Of a DNA stretch of 10,063 bases, positions 1-5,310 are shown piece by piece. The position numbers and the translations under genes were made by a program. Position 1 is the first letter of the stretch; every line of letters begins with the position of its first letter. The notes below the pieces were generated by a model. That model searched no databases. It had not been told where the DNA came from and saw nothing but the letters and a program-made list of their open reading frames with translations. This DNA is from Gemmatimonadales bacterium (GTDB lineage: Bacteria; Gemmatimonadota; Gemmatimonadetes; Gemmatimonadales; GWC2-71-9): contig JBBQFH010000058.1 of NCBI GenBank assembly GCA_038321865.1, positions 1 through 10,063 on the forward strand. The letters run 5' to 3'.

Positions 1-1
1 C

Positions 2-946
2 TTCCTGTTCATCGTCGGCGTGTCACTGACATTCTCGTTCGCGCGGCGGGCGGAGCAGGGCGCGAAGCGCGGAGCCCTGCTCCGAAAGGTTGCGATCCGT
101 GCGGCGGCGATCTTCCTGGTGGGCCTCGCCCTCAACTTCATCCCGCGCTTCGACCCTGGGACGGTGAGGATTCCGGGTGTGCTGCAGCGTATCGCGGTCG
201 CCTACTTCTTCGCCGCGCTCATATATGTCACCACCAGCGAGCGCACGCAGCGCTGGATCGCCGGGGCCCTGCTGCTGGGCTACTGGCTTGCCATGACGCT
301 GATCCCCGTCCCCGGATACGGAGCCGGGGTGCTGCTGCCGGTCGGAAATCTCGCGCAATACGTCGACTTCCGGCTGCTGCACGGCCACACCTGGCGCCCC
401 GAGTGGGATCCCGAGGGGCTGCTCAGCACTATTCCCGCGATCGCGACCTGTCTCCTCGGCACGATGACCGGCCGCCTGCTGCGCTCGGCGCTGCCACCGG
501 TGGAGCGGACGGTGCGCCTGTTCGTGTGGGGCACCGCCGCGATCGTGGCCGGGCTCGTGTGGAACGAGTGGTTCCCGATCAACAAGAATCTGTGGACCAG
601 CTCGTACGTGCTCTTCACCGCCGGGCTCGCGCTCCATCTGCTCGGCCTGCTCTACTGGATCATCGACGTCCGCGGCCGCGCGCGCTGGGCCTGGCCCCTC
701 TACGTTTTCGGCTCCAACGCGCTGCTGGTGTTCGTGCTGTCGGGGCTCGCCGCCCGCCTGCTCGCGCTGTGGACGATTGGCTCCGGCGATGATGCCATGA
801 GCGCCTGGCACTATGCCTACGTGCACGGGTTCGCATCGTGGGCCGGGCCGCTCAACGGGTCACTCTTCTGCGCAATGGCGTTCGTGCTGTTCTGGCTGCT
901 GCTGATGGCCGGGCTGTATCGGCGGGGATGGTTCCTGCGGTTATAG
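2..946 (+). CDS. HGSNAT/NagX-like (DUF5009-type) multi-pass membrane acyltransferase family protein, 5'-truncated by the window edge
   Basis: The frame is open from nt 2 (FLFIVGVSLTFSF, resembling the family's 'PFFLFIVG' motif), so the GTG at 20 is probably not the real start. Family motifs GVLQRIA, WDPEGLLSTIPAI and FPINKNLWTSSYVL are present, with many hydrophobic helices. Stop TAG at 944-946. Confidence 0.88.
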   Translation, partial: FLFIVGVSLTFSFARRAEQGAKRGALLRKVAIRAAAIFLVGLALNFIPRFDPGTVRIPGVLQRIAVAYFFAALIYVTTSERTQRWIAGALLLGYWLAMTLIPVPGYGAGVLLPVGNLAQYVDFRLLHGHTWRPEWDPEGLLSTIPAIATCLLGTMTGRLLRSALPPVERTVRLFVWGTAAIVAGLVWNEWFPINKNLWTSSYVLFTAGLALHLLGLLYWIIDVRGRARWAWPLYVFGSNALLVFVLSGLAARLLALWTIGSGDDAMSAWHYAYVHGFASWAGPLNGSLFCAMAFVLFWLLLMAGLYRRGWFLRL

Positions 947-957
947 GCGGTGCGCCC

Positions 958-1794
958 TCAGCTTCGCGCCGGTTCGAGGGCTTCGTGGAGGGCATCGCCC
1001 AGCAGGGTGGACGCGACCACGACGAGCACGAGCGCGATGCCGGGCGCGGCCGCCACCCAGGGGGCGTTGACCAGCGTGTCGCGCCCCGAGGCGATCATGC
1101 TGCCCCAGGATGCGGCGGGGGGCTGCACGCCGACACCGAGGAACGAGAGACCGGCCTCCAGCAGAATGGCGTTGCCGAATCCGAGCGCGGCGGCGACGAT
1201 CGCCGGGGTGAGCGAGTTGGGCAGCACATGGCGCAGCAGCAGCCGCCAGCGGGTGGCGCCGAGTGCGCGCGCGCTTTCCGCGTAGGGCCGCGCCGCGGCC
1301 GAGCGTGCCTCGGCGTGCACCAGCCGCGCAACGCTCATCCAGCCGGTGACCCCAAGCACGACTACGACCAGCGCCGCGCTCGGCCGCCAGAGCGCCGCCA
1401 GGAGCAACAGCAGCACCACGCGGGGCAGCGCGAGCGCGAAGTCGGTCAGGGCCAGCAGCACCGCCGCGAGGCGGCCCTGCCAGACGCCAGCCACGGTCCC
1501 GATCAGCACGCCAAGCACGGTGGAGATCAGCACGGCGAGCGAACCGACGCCGAGCGAGACGCGCGCGCCCCAGACCAGCCGGGACCAGACGTCGCGCCCC
1601 AGGCGGTCGGTGCCGAGCGGGTGCAGCACGCCCTGTCCGTCGTGGGAGAGCGGCGGGAGAAACCGGGTCGCGACGACATCGCGCTGCACCGCGGGACCGA
1701 TCGTCGTGATCAGGGGGGCGAACAGCGCACACGCCGCCGCGAAGCAGAGGAGGGTAATGGCAAGACGCGCCCGGCCGTCCCGCAGGAGCCGCAT
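958..1794 (-). CDS. Peptide/nickel-type ABC transporter permease, DppC/OppC-like (~278 aa)
   Basis: C-terminal part of the 604-aa ORF. Contains HPLGTDRLGRDVWSRLVWGARVSL, the EAA loop YAESARALGATRWRLLLRHVLPN, and EAGLSFLGVGVQPPAASWGSMI. The ATG at 1794 overlaps the upstream TGA (TGATG). An in-frame GTG at 1797 is an alternative start. Confidence 0.93.
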   Translation of the reverse strand: MRLLRDGRARLAITLLCFAAACALFAPLITTIGPAVQRDVVATRFLPPLSHDGQGVLHPLGTDRLGRDVWSRLVWGARVSLGVGSLAVLISTVLGVLIGTVAGVWQGRLAAVLLALTDFALALPRVVLLLLLAALWRPSAALVVVVLGVTGWMSVARLVHAEARSAAARPYAESARALGATRWRLLLRHVLPNSLTPAIVAAALGFGNAILLEAGLSFLGVGVQPPAASWGSMIASGRDTLVNAPWVAAAPGIALVLVVVASTLLGDALHEALEPARS

Positions 1795-2765
1795 CACGCC
1801 GCGGGCTCCGCGCGGAGCCGCGGGTCCACCACGGCTGCGAGCACGTCGGCAAGCAGGTTTCCCAGGACGACCAGGGCGGCAATGACCGCGGTCGCCGCCA
1901 TCACGACGGGGTAATCGCGTGCCTGGACCCCTTCGACGAGGATGCGCCCGACGCCGGGCCACGCGAAGATCGCCTCGATGAACACCGCGCCCGAAAAGAG
2001 TGCGGGAAGGGAAAGTCCGAGCAGCGTGACGACGGGAACGAGAGCATTGCGCAGGATATGATGGAGCGTCACCCGTGCCGGGGACAGCCCCTTTGCGCGG
2101 GCCACGGTCACGAACGGGGCCAGCCGCACGTCCCGCATGGCGCCGCGGACGAAGCGGGCGGTGCCACCGATCCCGACCAGCGTGAGCGTCGCGAGCGGCA
2201 GGGCGAGATGGCGCAAGGCGTCGGCGAGCCGGGCGGCGGGCGTAAGGAAATCGGCATCGAACCCGTGGGAGCCGAACGCCGGCAGGAGCCGGGCCCAGTA
2301 GGTGAACACCATTACCAGCATCAGTCCGAGCCAGTACCCGGGTAGCGCGAACAGCGTGACCGTCAGGACGCTGAGCGCCGTATCCACCTGTCGCCGCGCC
2401 ATCGCCTGCACGGCGCCGACGGCGATGCCGATCAGGTAGCTGAGCACGAGCGAGAGGCCCACCAGTTCGACGGTGGCGGGCCACGCGCGTGCGAGCATCC
2501 CCCGCACCGGCCGGCCGGTGGCGATGCTGGTTCCCCAATCGCCGCGCGCGAAGCGGCCCAGCCACGCCCCGTATTGCAGCGGCAGCGGCTGGTCGAGCCC
2601 CAGCGCGTGACGCTGGGCGGTCACCTGCTCCACCGTCGCGGTGGGGCCCAGCAGCCGCTCCATCGGATCGCCCGGTGCGAGGCGGAGGAGGAAGAACGTG
2701 AGGGTGACGACGCCGACCACCACGGCGAGTCCGCCGGCCGCTCGACGCAGTACCGATGAGAGCAT
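1794..2765 (-). CDS. Peptide/nickel-type ABC transporter permease, DppB/OppB-like (323 aa)
   Basis: Starts MLSSVLRR...VVTLTFFLLRLAPGDP. Contains LGLDQPLPLQYGAWL, GDWGTS, the EAA loop FVTVARAKGLSPARVTLHHILRNALVP, and EAIFAWPGVG...RDYPVV. I chose the ATG at 2765 because the longer extension in the ORF track overlaps the divergent gene and looks non-coding. Confidence 0.93.
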   Translation of the reverse strand: MLSSVLRRAAGGLAVVVGVVTLTFFLLRLAPGDPMERLLGPTATVEQVTAQRHALGLDQPLPLQYGAWLGRFARGDWGTSIATGRPVRGMLARAWPATVELVGLSLVLSYLIGIAVGAVQAMARRQVDTALSVLTVTLFALPGYWLGLMLVMVFTYWARLLPAFGSHGFDADFLTPAARLADALRHLALPLATLTLVGIGGTARFVRGAMRDVRLAPFVTVARAKGLSPARVTLHHILRNALVPVVTLLGLSLPALFSGAVFIEAIFAWPGVGRILVEGVQARDYPVVMAATAVIAALVVLGNLLADVLAAVVDPRLRAEPAA

Positions 2766-2770
2766 GCCGC

Positions 2771-2776
2771 AATCTC
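2771..2776 (-). promoter_or_regulatory. Possible weak -10-like element (GAGATT) 5 nt upstream of the DppB-like start codon
   Basis: The minus strand reads cgcGAGATTgcggcATG. It keeps the conserved A and T of TAnnnT, and no Shine-Dalgarno motif sits at normal spacing. No convincing -35 element. Confidence 0.3.
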
Positions 2777-2824
2777 GCGAGCCCCCACTTCCCCCGCCAG
2801 TAGAGCGGCAGAGCCCGATCGCGT

Positions 2825-2830
2825 TATGAT
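2825..2830 (+). promoter_or_regulatory. Putative sigma70-type -10 element (TATGAT), probably driving a leaderless transcript
   Basis: TATGAT matches TATAAT at 5/6 positions and stands out in GC-rich DNA. It is followed by 6 nt (ccatgg) and then the GTG start at 2837, with no room for a Shine-Dalgarno motif. Confidence 0.55.
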
Positions 2831-2836
2831 CCATGG

Positions 2837-4294
2837 GTGAAGTCAGCCCCGCGCGCCCGCCTCGCCACTCTGACGTTGCTGGCCGGTGCCGGCGCCTGCG
2901 GCTCCTTCGCCGATCGGCGCGGCGCGACCGTCCTGTACGCATCCGGCGCCGATCTCCAGAGCATCAATCCGCTCCTCACCGTGCATCCGATGGCCCGGCA
3001 GGTTCAGCGGTACGTGCTGTTCATGACGCTCGCTCGGTACGACAGCGCCCTCGTCCCGCAGCCCTATCTCGCCCGCGGCTGGCAGTGGTCGCCCGATCGA
3101 CGCGTGCTGACCTTCCAGCTCCGGACGAGCGTGCATTGGCACGACGGCGCGCCGACGACCGCCGCCGACGTCAGGTTCACGCTCGATGCCGCGCGCGCGC
3201 CGGAGACGGGGTATCCGCGACTGAATGACCTGAGCGGTGTGACGTCGGTCGCCGCACCCGACGACTCCACCGTCGTGATCCGGTTCGCCGGTGCCGTCGA
3301 CCGGTTTCCGGATGTGCTGACCGATCTGTCGATCGTACCGAGCCATCTCCTGGATACCGTGCCGAGGGCCCGGTTCCGTCAGGCCGAGTGGAACGAGCAT
3401 CCGGTCGGCAATGGTCCCTTCCGCTTCGTGACGCACGAGGCGAATCGCCGCTGGGTCTTCGCGGCCAATCCTGATTTCCCGGCTGAGCTCGGCGGGCGGC
3501 CCGCGCTCGACCGCTTCATCGTGGTCGTGGTGGACGAGCCCACCACCAAGCTTGCGGCGCTGACGTCCGGGGAGCTCGACGTCGCCGGGATCCAGCCGGC
3601 CCATGCCTCGTTCGTCCGCCGGAATCCTGCCCTGGAGGTGGTGAGCTATCCGCTCAATTTCACCTACGGTCTTGTCTTCAACACGCGGCGGCCACCGTTC
3701 GATGACATCCGGGTTCGCCGGATCGCGTCCGGCGCGCTGGACCGTCAGGAGATCGTAGACGGCTACCTCTACGGATTTGCGGTCCCCGCCTGGGGCCCGG
3801 TGCCGCCGGACGTTCCCGGGTACCTCCCGATCTCGCGGCAGGCGGTTCTGCCGGCGGCCGTGGCTTCGCGGCGCCGGGTCGCCTTTGAGCTGCTCACCGT
3901 AGGCAGCGGCGAAGCGGCGCTCGAGCAGATGCTCCAGGCTCGGCTCGCCGCGGCCGGGCTCGACGCCCGCATTCGCCAGCTGGAGCTGGCGGCGTTTCTC
4001 GACCGCACCTACGGCCCGCGCCACGATTTTGACGCGGCCGTGCTGGGGGTGCCGGGTGATGCCGGTCTCGGTTACCTCACGCCGCTCGCCGCCCTGTCAG
4101 GGCTGCCGGTTCCCGCCGATCCGGCCGCCGCGCAGCGCGCCTTTGCCGACCAGGTCCCGGTGGCGTTCATCTACCACGCGCGCGGTCTTCAGGGGATGAA
4201 CCGCCGGTTGCACGGCGTCCGCATGGATCTCCGCGGTGAGCTGCCGACTGTCCACGACTGGTGGGTGGACACCGTTCCCGTGAGCCGCCGGTGA
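2837..4294 (+). CDS. ABC transporter substrate-binding lipoprotein, family 5 (OppA/DppA-like), 485 aa
   Basis: Signal peptide with lipobox (MKSAPRARLATLTLLAGAGA-C). Family-5 signature QPYLARGWQWSPDRRVLTFQLR...WHDGAPTTAADVRFTL, plus PVGNGPFRF, AALTSGELD and FNTRRPPFDDIRVRR. Confidence 0.92.
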   Translation: MKSAPRARLATLTLLAGAGACGSFADRRGATVLYASGADLQSINPLLTVHPMARQVQRYVLFMTLARYDSALVPQPYLARGWQWSPDRRVLTFQLRTSVHWHDGAPTTAADVRFTLDAARAPETGYPRLNDLSGVTSVAAPDDSTVVIRFAGAVDRFPDVLTDLSIVPSHLLDTVPRARFRQAEWNEHPVGNGPFRFVTHEANRRWVFAANPDFPAELGGRPALDRFIVVVVDEPTTKLAALTSGELDVAGIQPAHASFVRRNPALEVVSYPLNFTYGLVFNTRRPPFDDIRVRRIASGALDRQEIVDGYLYGFAVPAWGPVPPDVPGYLPISRQAVLPAAVASRRRVAFELLTVGSGEAALEQMLQARLAAAGLDARIRQLELAAFLDRTYGPRHDFDAAVLGVPGDAGLGYLTPLAALSGLPVPADPAAAQRAFADQVPVAFIYHARGLQGMNRRLHGVRMDLRGELPTVHDWWVDTVPVSRR

Positions 4295-5310
4295 GCGGGG
4301 CGCCAGGATCGCTGGTCACGGTCACCGCGTCCGCACCGGTGCGCCTGGACTTCGCGGGTGGCTGGACCGACGTGCCGCCATTTTCCGCCGACGAAGGCGG
4401 CGTGGTCGTCGCCGCGGCGATCGGCCACCGCGCCCACGCGCACGTCGCGCCGGGCGGCGATGCCGCCCATATCTCGGCTGAAGACCTGGGCGAGTCGGCC
4501 ACGTTTGCGGCGGACGCCGCGATGGCGCTCGATGGCCGGCTCGACCTGCACAAGGCCGCGCTTCGGCTGCATGCCATCGGCCCCTGCCGGCTCACCACGC
4601 GGTCCGACGTGCCGCCAGGTTCCGGCCTCGGCAGCTCCGGCGCCCTCGACGTCGCGCTGGTGGCGGCGCTCTCCGCTGCCCGCGGTGCGCCGCTCGACCC
4701 GGCTGGACTCGCAGCGGCCGGCTGCGTGCTGGAGCGCGACGAGGCCGGCATCGCGGGCGGGAAGCAGGATCAGTACATGGCGGCGCTGGGAGGATTTCAG
4801 CAGCTTGTGTTCGACGACCCGTCCGTCGAGGCCAGCCGCCTGGCGCTCGATCCCGCGTTCGAGGCGGAGCTCGCGCGGTGCCTGGTCCTGTGCTACACCG
4901 GAATGTCGCGGGTCTCGGGGCGGACCATCTCCCGTGTCGTCGCCGCGTACGAACGCCGCGAACCCGCGGTCGTTCGCGCACTCCACGGCATGCGTGAGGT
5001 GGCACTGGAGATGGTGCCCGCGCTGCTGGCATCCGATCTTGCCAGAGTCGCACTCCTGCTGAGCCGGAACTGGGCCCACCAGCGGGCTCTCGATCCGGTG
5101 ATGCAGACGGAGGGAATGGCGCGGCTCGAGGCAGCCGCCTCCTCGGCCGGGGCGCTCGGCGGCAAGGCCGCGGGATCGGGGGCGGGCGGCTCGATGTTCT
5201 TCATCGCTCCCGGCGCGGCGGCAGCCTCCGCCGTGGCGGCGTCCGCCCGGGCCGCCGGCGCCACGATCCTGCCGGTCACCTGGTCATCCGACGGAGTCCG
5301 CGTGTGCTGA
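4291..5310 (+). CDS. GHMP-family sugar kinase (HddA heptose-7-phosphate kinase / L-fucokinase-like), ~339 aa
   Basis: Motif I APVRLDFAGGWTDVPPF, ATP-binding motif II PPGSGLGSSGA, GGKQDQY, and motif III GGKAAGSGAGG. The GTG at 4291 overlaps the binding-protein stop (GTGA). Confidence 0.88.
   Translation: MSGAPGSLVTVTASAPVRLDFAGGWTDVPPFSADEGGVVVAAAIGHRAHAHVAPGGDAAHISAEDLGESATFAADAAMALDGRLDLHKAALRLHAIGPCRLTTRSDVPPGSGLGSSGALDVALVAALSAARGAPLDPAGLAAAGCVLERDEAGIAGGKQDQYMAALGGFQQLVFDDPSVEASRLALDPAFEAELARCLVLCYTGMSRVSGRTISRVVAAYERREPAVVRALHGMREVALEMVPALLASDLARVALLLSRNWAHQRALDPVMQTEGMARLEAAASSAGALGGKAAGSGAGGSMFFIAPGAAAASAVAASARAAGATILPVTWSSDGVRVC

Noticed and set aside
946..957. Small GGCG-GTG-CGCC inverted repeat between the convergent stops
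   Set aside because: A 4-bp stem with no U-tract on either strand is too weak to call a terminator.
1798..2772. N-terminal ~325 aa of the 604-aa minus-strand ORF, which could suggest a fused or frameshifted permease
   Set aside because: It is an Arg/Pro/Ala-rich alternative frame over the DppB-like gene. Both permeases are complete on their own and joined by a normal stop/start overlap.
2766..2942. 59-aa N-terminal extension of the DppB-like ORF
   Set aside because: It overlaps the divergent binding-protein gene and promoter. The family-typical N-terminus starts at 2765.
2833..3228. 131-aa ORF from the ATG at 2833
   Set aside because: It is an Arg-rich out-of-frame shadow of the binding-protein gene, and its ATG is too close to the -10 box to be transcribed from that promoter.
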